Source of the DNA: Endozoicomonas acroporae
GTDB taxonomy: Bacteria; Pseudomonadota; Gammaproteobacteria; Pseudomonadales; Endozoicomonadaceae
Reading direction: 5' to 3'
Length of the DNA: 24,000 nucleotides
Assembly (NCBI RefSeq): GCF_002864045.1
Contig: NZ_PJPV01000077.1
Coordinates: forward strand, 37,287-61,286
In this document: one piece after another, positions 7,711 through 18,672 of the stretch
Numbering within the stretch: the stretch's first letter is position 1
Layout: each line of letters opens with the position of its first letter
Notes under the pieces: model-generated
Database searches by the model: none
The model's input: the letters and a program-made list of their open reading frames with translations, nothing else
What the model was told of the DNA's origin: nothing
Translations under genes and position numbers: made by a program

Positions 7711-8115
7711 ATGAGTGCCAGACATGAAAATCTCGACAGCGTCCCTGCTCCTCAAGGGGAAATGACCTTGAAAGTCCTGGCGGATCATCGTTCCGTCAAT
7801 AGCAGTGGTGATGTATTTGCTGGCTGGGTAGCCATGCACCTGGATCAGGCCGGGGAAGTATGCGCCCGCAAGGCCTCCAATGGTGCCAGGGTGGTCACGG
7901 TCAGTATTGGCAGTATGAGCTTTCTCAGGCCAGTTCAGGCCGGTGACCTGATCGGGTTCTTTACCCGGGTGACAGAAATCGGCAAAACCTCGATTAAGGT
8001 GGTCGTTGAAGGCTGGATAGAAAACCACCATGGCTGGGAGAAACTGACAGAAACAACCATGGTGTTTGTTGCCATTGATCGGGGTGGACGGACCCAGCGG
8101 GTCAGGAACTTCTAG
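7711..8115 (+). CDS. yciA: Acyl-CoA thioesterase, hotdog fold (YciA-like)
   Basis: ATG at 7711 has GGAG 6 nt upstream; the track start at 7699 is TTG. PQGEMTLKVLADHRSVNSSGDVFAGWVAMHLDQAG...ARVVTVSIGSMSFLRPVQAGDLI parallels E. coli YciA (PQGDLVLRTLAMPADTNANGDIFGGWLMSQMDIGG...GRVVTVRVEGMTFLRPVAVGDVV). Confidence 0.85.
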   Translation: MSARHENLDSVPAPQGEMTLKVLADHRSVNSSGDVFAGWVAMHLDQAGEVCARKASNGARVVTVSIGSMSFLRPVQAGDLIGFFTRVTEIGKTSIKVVVEGWIENHHGWEKLTETTMVFVAIDRGGRTQRVRNF

Positions 8116-8124
8116 AATATTGAA

Positions 8125-8148
8125 GAGGATCAGGAGCCTCTGATCCTC
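8125..8148. terminator. Hairpin between convergent yciA and the FAH gene (possible bidirectional terminator)
   Basis: GAGGATCAG (8125-8133), a GAGCCT loop, and CTGATCCTC (8140-8148) form a perfect 9-bp stem. There is no clean T-run on the plus strand. The minus strand has a TT-rich tail (TTCAATATTC). Confidence 0.4.
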
Positions 8149-8188
8149 TCAGCCCACTCTGAGAGTGAATGGCTCGTAACACGTGTCT

Positions 8189-8851
8189 TCAGAGACACCG
8201 CGTCCGGGTCGAAAAAATCCCATTCATGGACAGCTCTACATCATCCCCCGATTGCAGAGGCCCAACACCTTCCGGCGTTCCGGTCAGCACGATATCTCCG
8301 GGGAGTAAGGTGAAATGCCTGCTGATATAGCTCAACAGCCCGGGAATGGAGGTCAACATATGCGCCGTTGTCCCCTTCTGCCTTGGCTCTCCATTGACCG
8401 ACAGAGAAAACCCCAGATTGGCAGGATCTTTAATATGCTCGACAGCCACAAACCCGGATAACGGGCAGCTGTTATCAAAGGCTTTGGCAACTTCCCAGGG
8501 CAACCCTTTTGACTTTTGCCGTTCCTGCAGATCTCGCAGTGTCAAATCCAGTCCCAGACCAATAGCCATGATCGCCTGGTTAGCCTCATGCTCACTGGCA
8601 TCGGTCAGAGGCTCCCTGATCAGCAGGCTCACTTCTGTCTCGTGATGGACCGCCCCACGATTACGGGGTAATTTCACAGGCTGCTCAAGGTTAACCATGG
8701 CCGTACGGGGTTTAATAAACAGGACCGGATCATCCGGCAGGGGATTATTCAGTTCCTGAACATGTGCCGCATAATTCCGTCCTACACAAACCACCTTCCC
8801 AACAGGAAGGTCAATACGGTCGCCACTGATCCAGCGGTGCCTGTACTTCAT
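8189..8851 (-). CDS. ycgM: Fumarylacetoacetate hydrolase-family protein (YcgM-like oxaloacetate decarboxylase/isomerase)
   Basis: From ATG 8851, MKYRHRW...VGKVVCVGRNYAAHVQELNNPLPDDPVLFIKP...VHHETEVSLLI...GLGLDLTLRDLQ...GLPWEVAKAFDNSCPLSGF...LSVNGEPRQKGTTAHML...FTLLPGDIVLTGTPEGVGPLQSGD. This is near-collinear with E. coli YcgM as I remember it. Confidence 0.85.
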   Translation of the reverse strand: MKYRHRWISGDRIDLPVGKVVCVGRNYAAHVQELNNPLPDDPVLFIKPRTAMVNLEQPVKLPRNRGAVHHETEVSLLIREPLTDASEHEANQAIMAIGLGLDLTLRDLQERQKSKGLPWEVAKAFDNSCPLSGFVAVEHIKDPANLGFSLSVNGEPRQKGTTAHMLTSIPGLLSYISRHFTLLPGDIVLTGTPEGVGPLQSGDDVELSMNGIFSTRTRCL

Positions 8852-9088
8852 AGCGCATCCCTTATTAACGCCGGTGATGAAAAATGGAACGCACAATACG
8901 CGCCAACATCATACGGATATTTATTATTCAACTGAGCCAGAAGCTTTGTCGGGGTAACAGACAGTGTTTGCCTGTCATTCCCCGGGGAGACTATTGTCCC
9001 ACGGCTCAAGTCACAGTTAAAGCATCTCACTTTCACATACACTGTAGTAGTATCATAAAGACTGGCCGCACAGTGGAAGGAGCATAGT

Positions 9089-9349
9089 ATGTCAGAAGAG
9101 CTGCAACTCAATATCCAGAGCCTTCATGATATTCTTGAAAACTCACCCGTCGATGAATGCACAGCAGGAGCCTTAAAACAGATAACCGAAGAGATCAACA
9201 TTGCCGTTGCCCAGGCAGAAGGAGAGATTCCCATTCAGGGCTACAACGATCAGCTGGAGCAGGAGGCCATTCGCTTCAGTGAAGACCACCCGGCCCTGAC
9301 ACAGGCGATCCGGCAATTAATGTTTACCCTCTCCAGCATGGGTATTTAA
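9089..9349 (+). CDS. Small DUF4404-family protein
   Basis: 86-aa ORF with a strong RBS (GGAAGGAG). It is acidic and helical. The C-terminal FSEDHPALTQAIRQLMFTLSSMGI fits the DUF4404 pattern (FE..HP.L...I..I...L...GI). Confidence 0.6.
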   Translation: MSEELQLNIQSLHDILENSPVDECTAGALKQITEEINIAVAQAEGEIPIQGYNDQLEQEAIRFSEDHPALTQAIRQLMFTLSSMGI

Positions 9350-9664
9350 ATACGGTCACTATGACACAGTTTACAACCTGGTCGGTTTCACTGATGTGAG
9401 GCCGATCTCCCTGCCGGTAACTACCCACCGCCTTTTAGTAAGTACCATCAGGCACAGCCTATGTTATGATGTGCCGCCTGACGCAGCCGGGCGCAACCGG
9501 TAATGCGCCATGAAAACGATGGGCGGATCAATAACAGCCATCAATTGGAAGCACTACTGCTGTTGTCCGCCTGCACAATAAAAACAGTGCTTCTGTGTAA
9601 AACAGCCTTGAGCCCGAAACAGCCCTGAGCCAGTCCGCCCTCAGCTAACCATAAAGAGACCGAT

Positions 9665-10894
9665 ATGCCCGAAATATCGCTGGATAAGAGCAAGATTCGT
9701 TTTCTCCTGTTGGAAGGTGTCCACCCGTCTGCTGTCGAGATTCTTAAAGCATCGGGCTATACCAATATCGACTATGTCACCACCTCCCTGCCTCCTGAGG
9801 AACTTAAGGAACGTATCGCTGATGCCCGCTTTGTCGGCATCCGGTCCCGAACCCAGCTGACCGATGAAATTTTTGCGGAGGCAAAAAAACTCTGTGCTGT
9901 TGGCTGTTTCTGCATTGGCACCAACCAGGTAGAACTGCCCGCAGCTACACGACGGGGGATACCTGTTTTCAACGCACCTTATTCCAACACCCGCTCAGTG
10001 GCTGAGCTGGTGCTGGCTGAAGCCATCCTGCTACTGCGTGGAATCCCGGAAAAGAATGCCATGGCACACCAGGGAGGCTGGCAGAAAACAGCGGCGAACT
10101 CCCATGAAATCCGCGGCAAAAAGCTGGGTATTATCGGCTACGGAAATATCGGCAGCCAGCTCAGCATCATGGCAGAGTCCCTGGGCATGGAAGTCTATTT
10201 CTATGATGTGGTGACCCGGCTTTCCATGGGCAATGCGACCCAGATCAGTGATCTGAACACCCTGCTTGGCATGTGCGACATTGTCAGTCTGCATGTTCCC
10301 GAAACCCGGGATACCCAGTGGATGTTCGGTGAAGCACAGTTTGCCGCCATGAAGGACAACAGCATTCTGATCAATGCCTCCCGTGGTACTGTGGTGGTTA
10401 TTGAAGCGCTGGCCGAGTACCTGAAGAACGGTAAGCTGCTGGGTGCAGCCATTGACGTATTCCCGGAAGAGCCACGGGGTAACGATGATGAATTCATCAG
10501 CCCCCTGCGTGGCATGAAGAATGTTATCCTGACCCCCCATATTGGCGGCAGTACCCAGGAAGCACAGGAAAATATTGGCCGGGAGGTTGCCGAGAAGTTC
10601 GTGATGTACAGCGATATTGGTACTACATTGTCGTCGGTCAACTTCCCGGAAGTCGCTCTGCCTGCTCACCCCGGCAAGCACCGACTGCTGCATATCCACC
10701 AGAATATTCCCGGTATTCTGGGCCAGATCAACCAGATACTGTCTGAAAACCGTATCAACATCAGCGGTCAGTACCTGCAGACCAATGAGTCCGTTGGTTA
10801 CGTCGTTATCGATGTTGATGCTGAACACAGCGATATGGCCATGCAGAAGATAAAAAAGATTGAGGGCACCATCCGCTGCCGCGTTCTTTACTGA
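9665..10894 (+). CDS. serA: D-3-phosphoglycerate dehydrogenase
   Basis: 409 aa, collinear with E. coli SerA. Matching segments are KIRFLLLEGVH, GCFCIGTNQVEL..A..RGIPVFNAPYSNTRSVAELV, GKKLGIIGYGNIG, LINASRGTVV, LTPHIGGSTQEAQENIG, and a C-terminal ACT domain ending IRCRVLY. Confidence 0.95.
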   Translation: MPEISLDKSKIRFLLLEGVHPSAVEILKASGYTNIDYVTTSLPPEELKERIADARFVGIRSRTQLTDEIFAEAKKLCAVGCFCIGTNQVELPAATRRGIPVFNAPYSNTRSVAELVLAEAILLLRGIPEKNAMAHQGGWQKTAANSHEIRGKKLGIIGYGNIGSQLSIMAESLGMEVYFYDVVTRLSMGNATQISDLNTLLGMCDIVSLHVPETRDTQWMFGEAQFAAMKDNSILINASRGTVVVIEALAEYLKNGKLLGAAIDVFPEEPRGNDDEFISPLRGMKNVILTPHIGGSTQEAQENIGREVAEKFVMYSDIGTTLSSVNFPEVALPAHPGKHRLLHIHQNIPGILGQINQILSENRINISGQYLQTNESVGYVVIDVDAEHSDMAMQKIKKIEGTIRCRVLY

Positions 10895-10909
10895 CTGGCA
10901 TCGGTCAAT

Positions 10910-10946
10910 GCTCAGCCTGTTACGCGGGCTGAGCCCGCTATTTAAT
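10910..10946 (+). terminator. Rho-independent terminator candidate after serA
   Basis: GCTCAGCC (10910-10917), a 9-nt loop and GGCTGAGC (10927-10934), followed by CCGCTATTTAATT. Confidence 0.55.
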
Positions 10947-11396
10947 TAACGGTTCAAAAACATGCGTGCGTTAACCTCTTCCCTGTTAATGACAACTCTT
11001 CTGAAAATACGACGTATCTGGGATGAGAAAAACAAAACCCTGATCTATCTCAGCTACTCCACCAAAGAAACGGTCGGCAGTGCCAAACACTCCATGACCA
11101 CCGTGCCCCTGTGGGGAAACCCCGTCTGGGATCAATTAAACCAACCTGATACAGCTCAATAGCTGACCGCAGTTTTCCAGTCCACTCAGTTGATGTGATA
11201 TTAATCTGAGTACCCTGAGCAATTCCCAGATGATCCAGCTATCCTTTGCCAGGCAGCACTGTCGCAAGAAGAGTGAAACAAGGAATCCGCTGCCAGATGA
11301 TTGGCTACAGTTCGGTTCTGGTGTAGCTTCACTTTTTTACTTTTTCACCAGGGTGATGTTCACACCAACCCCTGACTGCCCGACACTTAAGACACC

Positions 11397-12680
11397 ATGC
11401 GTATTCTTCACACTTCAGACTGGCACCTTGGCCAGCACTTTATGGGCAAAAGCCGGGAGGCAGAACACCAGGCCTTTCTGGACTGGCTGATCGAGCTGGT
11501 ACAAGAGCAGCGCATCGATGCCCTGATTATTGCCGGTGATATCTTTGATACCGGCACCCCGCCCAGCTATGCCAGGGGACTGTATAGCCGTTTTATTGTC
11601 AGCCTGCGCAATACCCACTGTCGGCAGCTTATCGTGATTGGTGGCAACCATGACTCAGTGGCCACACTGAATGAATCAAAAGAGCTGCTGGCCTGCCTGA
11701 ATACCTTTGTGGTGGGTGGTGTCAGTCAAGACTCCCGGGAACAGGTTCTGGTGTTGAACAACGCTCAGGGCAACCCCGGCGCGGTGATCTGTGCCATTCC
11801 GTTTGTCCGCCCACGGGATGTTCTGGAAAGTCAGGCGGGAGAGACCGGTGAGGATAAACAGCAGGCACTGCAACAGGCGATTGCTGCCCACTATCAGACC
11901 ATTTATGCAGAAGCTGAAAAGCTGGCAGGGGAACGGCTGCCCATTATTGCAACGGGTCATTTAACGACAGTTGGCGGGCAAATGAGCGAATCCGTGCGTG
12001 AGATTTATATCGGAACCCTGTCGGCATTTCCGGTGGCCGCATTTCCCAAGGCTCACTACATTGCCCTCGGCCACCTGCACCGGCCACAGGTCGTGGCTAA
12101 GCAGGAACATATCCGCTATTCAGGTTCACCAATCCCGCTGAGTTTTGATGAAGCCGGATCCGATAAGCAAGTCATTATTGTGGACTTCAGGGAAAACGAG
12201 CTGAATAAAATTGAGTCCGTCATTGTTCCTGTTTTCAGGCCTCTGATCAGCCTCAAGGGCTCCCTGGACAGCATTGACCAGCAGCTGGCCACTCTTGCCA
12301 CTGAGCGTGCCAATGAGCACGAGCAACCGCAGGCTGATCCATGGCTGGAGATTGAAATCACCACCGAAGCCTACCTTCACGACCTGCAAAGCCGGGTCGA
12401 ACAAATGGTGCTGGCCAAAGAGGAGCTGTCCTCAGTTGAGCTGCTGAGGGTAAGAAGAAAACGGGAAAAAGCCGCAGCATCCCTGACCGTTGCTGACCAG
12501 GAGAGTCTGGCCGAGTTGAACGTTGAGGATGTTTTTCAGCAACGGCTTAAGCAGGAAGAGCTGACCGATGAACAATTACAGCAGCTGACCGGCGCGTTTC
12601 AGGAAATACTCGAAGACGTGTTTGCAGCAGACAAAGAGCATCCCATGCTGGCGCAGCATGGCCAGAAGGACAACGCCTGA
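11397..12680 (+). CDS. sbcD: Nuclease SbcCD subunit D (Mre11-type phosphoesterase)
   Basis: [27 protein letters not shown] and GHLH are calcineurin-like phosphoesterase motifs in SbcD order. The stop overlaps the sbcC start (TGATG at 12678-12682). Confidence 0.93.
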   Translation: MRILHTSDWHLGQHFMGKSREAEHQAFLDWLIELVQEQRIDALIIAGDIFDTGTPPSYARGLYSRFIVSLRNTHCRQLIVIGGNHDSVATLNESKELLACLNTFVVGGVSQDSREQVLVLNNAQGNPGAVICAIPFVRPRDVLESQAGETGEDKQQALQQAIAAHYQTIYAEAEKLAGERLPIIATGHLTTVGGQMSESVREIYIGTLSAFPVAAFPKAHYIALGHLHRPQVVAKQEHIRYSGSPIPLSFDEAGSDKQVIIVDFRENELNKIESVIVPVFRPLISLKGSLDSIDQQLATLATERANEHEQPQADPWLEIEITTEAYLHDLQSRVEQMVLAKEELSSVELLRVRRKREKAAASLTVADQESLAELNVEDVFQQRLKQEELTDEQLQQLTGAFQEILEDVFAADKEHPMLAQHGQKDNA

Positions 12681-15600
12681 TGAAAATTCTCAGCCTGCGC
12701 CTGAAAAATATTAACTCCCTCAGGGGCGAGTGGAAAATAGACTTCCAGAGTGAACCGTTTACCAACACGGGTCTCTTTGCCATTACCGGCCCAACCGGTG
12801 CTGGCAAAACCACGCTGCTGGATGCCATCTGCCTTGCCCTGTACCACCAGACTCCCCGCCTGACCACAATCTCCGCCTCCGATAACGAGCTGATGACCCG
12901 GCATACGGCTGAGTCACTCGCCGAAGTTGAGTTTGAAGTCAAAGGTCAAGCGTATCGGGCCTTCTGGTCACAACGCCGGGCCAGGGGCAAAGCAGACGGC
13001 AAGTTGCAGGCACCCCAAGTCGAGCTGGCCGACAGTGATGGTACGATTATTACCACCCGTATCAGCGATAAATTGAAAAAGGTCAGTGAGCTGACCGGGC
13101 TGGATTTCGGACGTTTTACCAAATCCATGATGCTGGCCCAGGGCGGTTTTGCCGCTTTTCTGGAGGCCAGTGCCAATGACCGGGCTGAGCTGCTGGAAGA
13201 ACTGACCGGTACCGAGATCTACGGAGAAATCTCCCGCCGTGCCTTTGAGCGCATGCGCACCTCAGAGCAGCAACTCGACCTGTTAAAGGCCAGAGCGGGC
13301 GGCATTGCCCTACTGAACGACGATCGACTGACAGAACTGAGAGAAGAACAGAGTCAGCTTGCCGGGCAACAGGAGGAAACCGGCAACGAACGCCTATCCC
13401 TGAACCAGCAGAAGCGTTGGCTGGAAGAGCTGGCCAGCAGACAACGTGAACAGGAAAAAGCCCGGGAGTCATTGAATAATGCTCTTCAACACAAATCAGA
13501 ACACAGCGAGCAAATAAACCGTCTGGAGCAGGCCCTGCCCGCCATGGAGCTGCTGCCGGACTGGGATCGGTTGAGCGAACTGACACAAAAGCATCAACGG
13601 ATACAAAAGACACTGGCCGATCATCAGCAGGAAAAACAGGTCACCACCGAACAGGCGGAAAGTGTTCAGAAACAGTGCCAGATTCAGTTAAATGCCTGGG
13701 AAAGCTATCAGCAGGAACAGGAGCAAACCGAATCCCTGTTGGTAGAGCAGGTCATCCCTCTGGATGCTGATATACAGAGGCTGACCAATGAACAACAGGC
13801 CATCAAAGGCAAATTGCAGGCCGCTGAACATGAGCAGGGCACACTGAACAACAGCATTGCCGATGACCAGCAGTCCCGGGAACAACTCACTGGACAACTT
13901 CAGGTAGCCAACCGTTATCTGGAGCAGAATGCACACCAGCAAACACTGGGCGAACAGCTGCCGGTATTACAAACCCTGTTTGAGCAGCGGGAAACCGCCA
14001 GCCAAGGTGAACAACAGTTTGTTCAAGCTATTCATCAGTTAGAGCAGGAACGCCAGAACCTGGGCGCACAACACCAGACACTGGAAGAGTATATTCAGTC
14101 GCTGGCCAAAACACGGGAACAACGCGCCAGCCAGAACACAACACTGCTAGAGAACAAAACAGCCCTGTTAAATGGCCAGGAAGAAGAGCAGCTGCTGACC
14201 GATCAGCAGCAGTGGCACGATCAATACCCGATATGGCTGCATCTGAATAACCTCAGCCAGCAATTTATCAACTGCACCGCTGACTTACAGAAAGAGCAGA
14301 GCCTCCATGGCAACCTGCAGCAGTCGGTAGCACAGTACACCGACAACATTGAAAAATGCCGGACAGAGTATCGGAATGTCAGGCAGCACTGTCATGACCT
14401 GGAGCAGCTGTTAGCCCGGGAGCGGCAGATCACCAGCCTTAAGGACTATCGCAACCAACTGCAGGCCGGAGCGGCCTGCCCCCTTTGCGGTGCCACAGAA
14501 CACCCGGCCATTGAACACTATCAGCAGCTGAATATTTCCGATACCGAACAACGTTTAACCGCCAGACAGCAGGAACTGGAGCAGCTGCAACTTCAGGGCG
14601 AGAAGCTGAACAAAGAGGTTGCGCGTTTACAGGTACAACTGGAATCCTCAGAGCAGACCATTAACAAGCTGCAAAATCAGATTGCTCTGGTCACATCAGA
14701 TTGGTCCGCCACCAGCAATGCCCAGTCTCTTTCCCTATCGATCAACAACACCGAAGAGTATCAGAGCCACTTCAAACAGTTTTCCGAGACCGGGGAGACC
14801 CGGAAAAAGCAGCTTGACCAATTGAGCCAGCTTAATCGCCGCATTCAACTTGAACAGCAGCAGCTGGACCAGCTGAATAACGACATGACCCAACGCACCC
14901 ATCAACGGGAGGTTAACCAGCATCAGCAAAGCCAGATTGACCAGCAGCTGTCCGAAAAGCGTCAACAGCTTGAGCAACGCCAACACGCCAACCGGGCTTT
15001 GGAAGAGAAGATCAGGCAGAGAATCCAGACTGCGCTGCATCTGGAGATTCCTATCCTGTCAGAGCAATCAACCTGGCTGAGTCAGCAGGAAAAAAACTGG
15101 CAACAATGGCAGCACATCACCGCTGAACAACAAGCGCTGAATGAGAAAATCCAGGCCATTACCCAGCAGCTGAATCACAAGCATCAAAACCGGCAAAAAG
15201 TGGACGAACTTATCCGTGACATCCAGCAAACGCTGGATAACACCAACACTCAGAGACAACAGCAACAGCAGCAACGACAGGATCTGTTTGGCCAGAAAAT
15301 CGTGAGTGAGGAGCGACAGCGACTCAAGTCACTGGTGGTCGAAGCAAAGGCACACCATCAACAAAGCCAAAGCCAGTTGAAAGCCATTGATGACAAGCTG
15401 GCTCAGCTGACTGGAATCGTTCGCCAGCAGACCATGGAACAGGAAACATTGAGCGAAGCACTGACAGTCGCCGGAACAACCTGGCAGACATTATTAAACG
15501 ACAGTCCATTCCGGGATAGCGAACATTTCCAGCAGGCTCTGCTGGACAGAGAAGAGCGAAAGACACTGACAGAACTGAAACAGGCCATTGAACAACAGCT

Positions 15601-16354
15601 GCATGAAGCCAAAGGCAAGCTTGCCTCGGCGGAAGCCAACCTGAAAGCTCATATTGAACAGCCAGCGACTAAACTAACTCTGGATGAAGTGACTGACAGA
15701 CTGACCGAGTTGGACAACCATATTCGCTTAATCAATCAACGACAGGGTGAGATTACCCAGGCACTGAAAGACGACGACGAAAAACGTCTTGGCCAGGCCA
15801 GCCTGTTCAGGGATATTGCGGCGCAAGAGCATCAATATCAGGTTTGGGCGCAACTCAGTGGCCTGATTGGCTCCAGCAAAGGCGACAAGTTCCGTAAGTT
15901 TGCCCAGGGCCTGACGCTGGATCATCTGATTCTTCTGGCCAACCGGCAGCTGGAACAACTCCATGCCCGCTATCTGCTCAACCGCAAGAGCAACGATGAA
16001 CTCAGCCTTGAAGTGCTGGACACCTGGCAGGGTGACTCCGCACGGGATATCAAAACCCTGTCCGGTGGTGAAAGCTTTCTGGTCAGCCTGGCGCTGGCAC
16101 TGGGGTTATCTGACCTGGTCAGCCATAAAACCCGTATCGACTCGCTGTTTCTGGATGAAGGGTTTGGTACACTGGATCAGGAAACACTGGAAACCGCACT
16201 CAGCGCCTTGGATAGCCTGAATGCCAGTGGGAAGATGGTCGGTATCATCTCCCATATTGAGTCCCTGAAAGAACGGATTCCCACCCGGATAGAAGTGATA
16301 AAAGAAACCGGACTGGGCTACAGCAAACTGGGTAGACGCTTTGCCTGTATCTGA
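12680..16354 (+). CDS. sbcC: Nuclease SbcCD subunit C (Rad50-type SMC-like ATPase)
   Basis: The N-terminus has Walker A ([16 protein letters not shown]). A very long Gln/Glu/Leu-rich coiled coil follows, with a central zinc hook ([12 protein letters not shown]). The C-terminus has the signature [16 protein letters not shown], Walker [12 protein letters not shown] and the H-loop ISH. Confidence 0.93.
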   Translation: MKILSLRLKNINSLRGEWKIDFQSEPFTNTGLFAITGPTGAGKTTLLDAICLALYHQTPRLTTISASDNELMTRHTAESLAEVEFEVKGQAYRAFWSQRRARGKADGKLQAPQVELADSDGTIITTRISDKLKKVSELTGLDFGRFTKSMMLAQGGFAAFLEASANDRAELLEELTGTEIYGEISRRAFERMRTSEQQLDLLKARAGGIALLNDDRLTELREEQSQLAGQQEETGNERLSLNQQKRWLEELASRQREQEKARESLNNALQHKSEHSEQINRLEQALPAMELLPDWDRLSELTQKHQRIQKTLADHQQEKQVTTEQAESVQKQCQIQLNAWESYQQEQEQTESLLVEQVIPLDADIQRLTNEQQAIKGKLQAAEHEQGTLNNSIADDQQSREQLTGQLQVANRYLEQNAHQQTLGEQLPVLQTLFEQRETASQGEQQFVQAIHQLEQERQNLGAQHQTLEEYIQSLAKTREQRASQNTTLLENKTALLNGQEEEQLLTDQQQWHDQYPIWLHLNNLSQQFINCTADLQKEQSLHGNLQQSVAQYTDNIEKCRTEYRNVRQHCHDLEQLLARERQITSLKDYRNQLQAGAACPLCGATEHPAIEHYQQLNISDTEQRLTARQQELEQLQLQGEKLNKEVARLQVQLESSEQTINKLQNQIALVTSDWSATSNAQSLSLSINNTEEYQSHFKQFSETGETRKKQLDQLSQLNRRIQLEQQQLDQLNNDMTQRTHQREVNQHQQSQIDQQLSEKRQQLEQRQHANRALEEKIRQRIQTALHLEIPILSEQSTWLSQQEKNWQQWQHITAEQQALNEKIQAITQQLNHKHQNRQKVDELIRDIQQTLDNTNTQRQQQQQQRQDLFGQKIVSEERQRLKSLVVEAKAHHQQSQSQLKAIDDKLAQLTGIVRQQTMEQETLSEALTVAGTTWQTLLNDSPFRDSEHFQQALLDREERKTLTELKQAIEQQLHEAKGKLASAEANLKAHIEQPATKLTLDEVTDRLTELDNHIRLINQRQGEITQALKDDDEKRLGQASLFRDIAAQEHQYQVWAQLSGLIGSSKGDKFRKFAQGLTLDHLILLANRQLEQLHARYLLNRKSNDELSLEVLDTWQGDSARDIKTLSGGESFLVSLALALGLSDLVSHKTRIDSLFLDEGFGTLDQETLETALSALDSLNASGKMVGIISHIESLKERIPTRIEVIKETGLGYSKLGRRFACI

Positions 16355-16375
16355 TCACTTTTATTTTGAGGGTTT

Positions 16376-17602
16376 ATGAATCAACTACTGACGGTTGGCG
16401 CGCTTGAGTCGTTTCTCATCGCCATTTTTGTGCTATTTCTGGGGCATTTCATCAATGCCCGAATTCCTCTATTAAAGCAGTTCAATATTCCTGAGCCTAT
16501 TGTTGGCGGACTGATCATTGCCGGTGTTATTGCCTTGCTGCACTTCAATGGTGTCGAGATTGACTTCCACCTGCCCCTGCAAAACACCTTTATGCTGATG
16601 TTCTTTGCCACGGTTGGTCTGGCCGCCAGCTATACCCAGCTGATTAAAGGTGGGGTCAAGGTGTTTGTTTTCCTTGCCGTGGCGTCTTTCTATATCGTGC
16701 TGCAAAATGGCCTGGGAATGTCACTGGCCAGCCTGCTGGGGCTTGACCCGCTGATGGGGTTAATTGCCGGGTCAATCACTCTTTCCGGAGGTCACGGCAC
16801 CGGTGCGGCCTGGTCTCAAACCTTCCAGCAAGTATACGGCATGCACAATGTACTTGAGATAGCCATGGCTTCAGCCACCTTCGGCCTGATCATGGGCGGC
16901 ATTATTGGCAGTCCGGTGGCGCAGCGACTGGTGGATAAATATGGCCTGAAATCCAGATACGGCAACACCAACAGAACCCATGAACAGTTTCCTGAGCTGG
17001 TAACCTACAACGAAAATGAGGAAGACAATGTCACCTCAAAAAAGATGATTGAATCACTGTTTATGATTCTGATCTGTGTGACCGGTGCCAAGTACCTTGA
17101 AATCTGGGTCAACAACTTTGAGATCAAATGGCTGATGATTCCCGATTTTGTCTATGCCCTGTTTATCGGCGTTATCATCACCAACACGCTGGAAGTCACC
17201 CGGGTGAAAAAGCTGGATATTGAAACCATCGATATTCTCGGCACGGTGTCACTGGCCCTGTTTCTGGCCATGGCCCTGATGAGCTTAAAGCTCTGGAATA
17301 TTCTCGATCTGGCCATCCCGATCCTGATCATCTTGCTGGCACAGTCCGTTATGCTGGCAATATTTACTTATGTGGTGACCTTCCGGGTGATGGGCAAAGA
17401 CTACGACGCGGCCGTTATTGCCAGCGGTCACTGCGGGTTTGGTCTTGGCGCAACACCCACAGCGGTCATGAACATGGGCTCCGTCGTTAACCGCTTTGGT
17501 CCTTCACCCCAAGGGTTTATGGTTGTGCCTATTGTTGGTGCCTTCTTTATTGATATTGTTAACCTGATTATTCTGCAGGCGGCATTGTCGATTTTTGGTT
17601 AA
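16376..17602 (+). CDS. gltS: Sodium/glutamate symporter
   Basis: Polytopic 408-aa protein. IPEPIVGGL, LLGLDPLMGLIAGSITLSGGHGTGAAW, GKDYDAAVIASGHCGFGLGATPTAV and FGPSPQGFMVVPIVGAFFIDIVN are near-identical to E. coli GltS blocks. Confidence 0.93.
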   Translation: MNQLLTVGALESFLIAIFVLFLGHFINARIPLLKQFNIPEPIVGGLIIAGVIALLHFNGVEIDFHLPLQNTFMLMFFATVGLAASYTQLIKGGVKVFVFLAVASFYIVLQNGLGMSLASLLGLDPLMGLIAGSITLSGGHGTGAAWSQTFQQVYGMHNVLEIAMASATFGLIMGGIIGSPVAQRLVDKYGLKSRYGNTNRTHEQFPELVTYNENEEDNVTSKKMIESLFMILICVTGAKYLEIWVNNFEIKWLMIPDFVYALFIGVIITNTLEVTRVKKLDIETIDILGTVSLALFLAMALMSLKLWNILDLAIPILIILLAQSVMLAIFTYVVTFRVMGKDYDAAVIASGHCGFGLGATPTAVMNMGSVVNRFGPSPQGFMVVPIVGAFFIDIVNLIILQAALSIFG

Positions 17603-17740
17603 TGTGTAATCTCCGCTCACCCTTAGCAGAGTCGAACGATGTTTTGCACGATCTGTCTGGATTCGGAGTTTGCGTCTTTCAACTCCGCTAAGGAAGAACG
17701 GAATAGCTGGCCATTGATCACTCACTGGCTTCCCAGTCTA

Positions 17741-17790
17741 ACGCCAAATTCAGCGGTGGCACCACAGGCACTGTCCACTTGAATTTTTTG
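17741..17790. repeat. Structured repeat copy A (unoccupied intron target; terminator-like on the plus strand after gltS)
   Basis: The sequence is ACGCCAAATTCAGCGGTGGCACCACAGGCACTGTCCACTTGAATTTTTTG. The outer arms AAATTCA/TGAATTT and inner GTGG/CCAC pair, followed by a T6 run. Its ends are shared with copies at 20400 and 22667. The extended unit 17736-17817 is bounded by GTCTAAC and GTTAGTT. Confidence 0.7.
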
Positions 17791-17895
17791 ATGGGCACTA
17801 TTTTTGAATTGTTAGTTTAAACAGTGAACTTTTATTCTAATAATCTAATCTAAACTCCATTTTTAATAAATTGTTAATAACTCTAGAGGCCTATA

Positions 17896-18540
17896 ATGCC
17901 ACCATCGATATCCGTAAATTCAGGTCTAACCACAATTACTCAAAAAAGACCAGCAAATTCTACATGCAATCCTCTAAAGCCCATTAAAACCGCTAAAATG
18001 ACGTCAGACACTGAGGTTTTGCCCGTTAATAATGAGAAGTTACGATTAAACAGCAACTTTATCGAATCGTCAGAAAACAAGACGGGTGTATTTTCATTAC
18101 ATTTAGCCAGAAAGTTTGACTTTGGATTTTCATATTTTCCAAAGAATAAAGGATTTTATACAACAACTTGCATAACCATCAACTCAATACCTATTAAAGA
18201 TAGATTTGTTTTTACTTTTTATACTGATGAAAATTACCCTAATCTCTGGGGAAAATCTGATAATGTAAAATCACTTTGTGAAAAAGATATAAAGTGTCAT
18301 TTGCCAAGATTACATAAAAAAGAAAAGCCTAAAGATGACCATTATCATGCTTTACTTTTAAAAGATGCTGACCCTGATTCTTTTTTAAAAACCACACTAA
18401 ATGAAATAGGATTGGCGGATCATGATGAAAATAATATTTTGCATTCAGCAGAATATTTTATCAAAAATCCCACTCAGGATTGTATTAATTTTACTGAAGG
18501 GGCATTATCTCAAAATGGTACATCTGAATCCTTGGAGTAG
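17896..18540 (+). CDS. Hypothetical 214-aa protein, AT-rich orphan
   Basis: Uninterrupted ORF in a strongly AT-rich segment, with AGAGG 7 nt upstream of the ATG. The N-terminal ~45 aa are Ser/Thr/Pro/Asn-rich with no acidic residue in the first 37 aa (first is Asp38). I recognise no motif. Confidence 0.5.
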   Translation: MPPSISVNSGLTTITQKRPANSTCNPLKPIKTAKMTSDTEVLPVNNEKLRLNSNFIESSENKTGVFSLHLARKFDFGFSYFPKNKGFYTTTCITINSIPIKDRFVFTFYTDENYPNLWGKSDNVKSLCEKDIKCHLPRLHKKEKPKDDHYHALLLKDADPDSFLKTTLNEIGLADHDENNILHSAEYFIKNPTQDCINFTEGALSQNGTSESLE

Positions 18541-18672
18541 ATGATGATTTAAGTAACCATTGCTGTATTCCATAGTGAGCTAACATATCACCAGAAATTC
18601 AATGTAAATTCATCCTGATTCGTTACATGCGTGTATAGCTATTATTAGTTGTCGAGAGTTCATGCAGTGCTT

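Noticed and set aside
9350-9664. 315-nt serA leader with hairpins (GGCACA...TGTGCC, GCGCA...TGCGC), considered as a riboswitch or sRNA such as 6S.
   Set aside because: I could not match any conserved riboswitch or 6S core. It is probably ordinary promoter/leader sequence. It would need a covariance-model scan to say more.
10031-10828. 265-aa and 146-aa minus-strand ORFs inside serA.
   Set aside because: They are antisense to a full-length, highly conserved serA and have no independent support.
10962-11162. 66-aa plus-strand ORF between serA and sbcD.
   Set aside because: It has no RBS and no recognisable motif, and it starts inside the serA terminator tail. There is not enough evidence to call a gene.
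15256-15280. CAACAGCAACAGCAGCAACGACAG tract (poly-Gln) in sbcC, considered as a slippage-prone or contingency repeat.
   Set aside because: It is an imperfect CAA/CAG mix with no pure repeat unit, so it is not slippage-prone. It sits inside the Rad50-type coiled coil, where Gln-rich heptads are normal. At 1224 aa, SbcC is longer than the ~1050 aa of E. coli, but this is only a longer coiled coil.
12547-15964. Numerous 60-165-aa minus-strand ORFs within sbcD and sbcC.
   Set aside because: They are antisense shadows of the Gln/Glu/Leu-rich coiled-coil coding sequence, and their translations are Leu/Ser/Cys-rich low complexity.
17603-17740. Spacer after gltS (contains hairpin CGGAGTT-N10-AACTCCG at 17664-17687), examined for a group II intron 3' end (domains V/VI) or a tRNA integration site.
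   Set aside because: No domain V-like GAGC...GAAA...GTTC hairpin, no tRNA T-arm consensus and no T-run after the hairpin were found. It is left unannotated.
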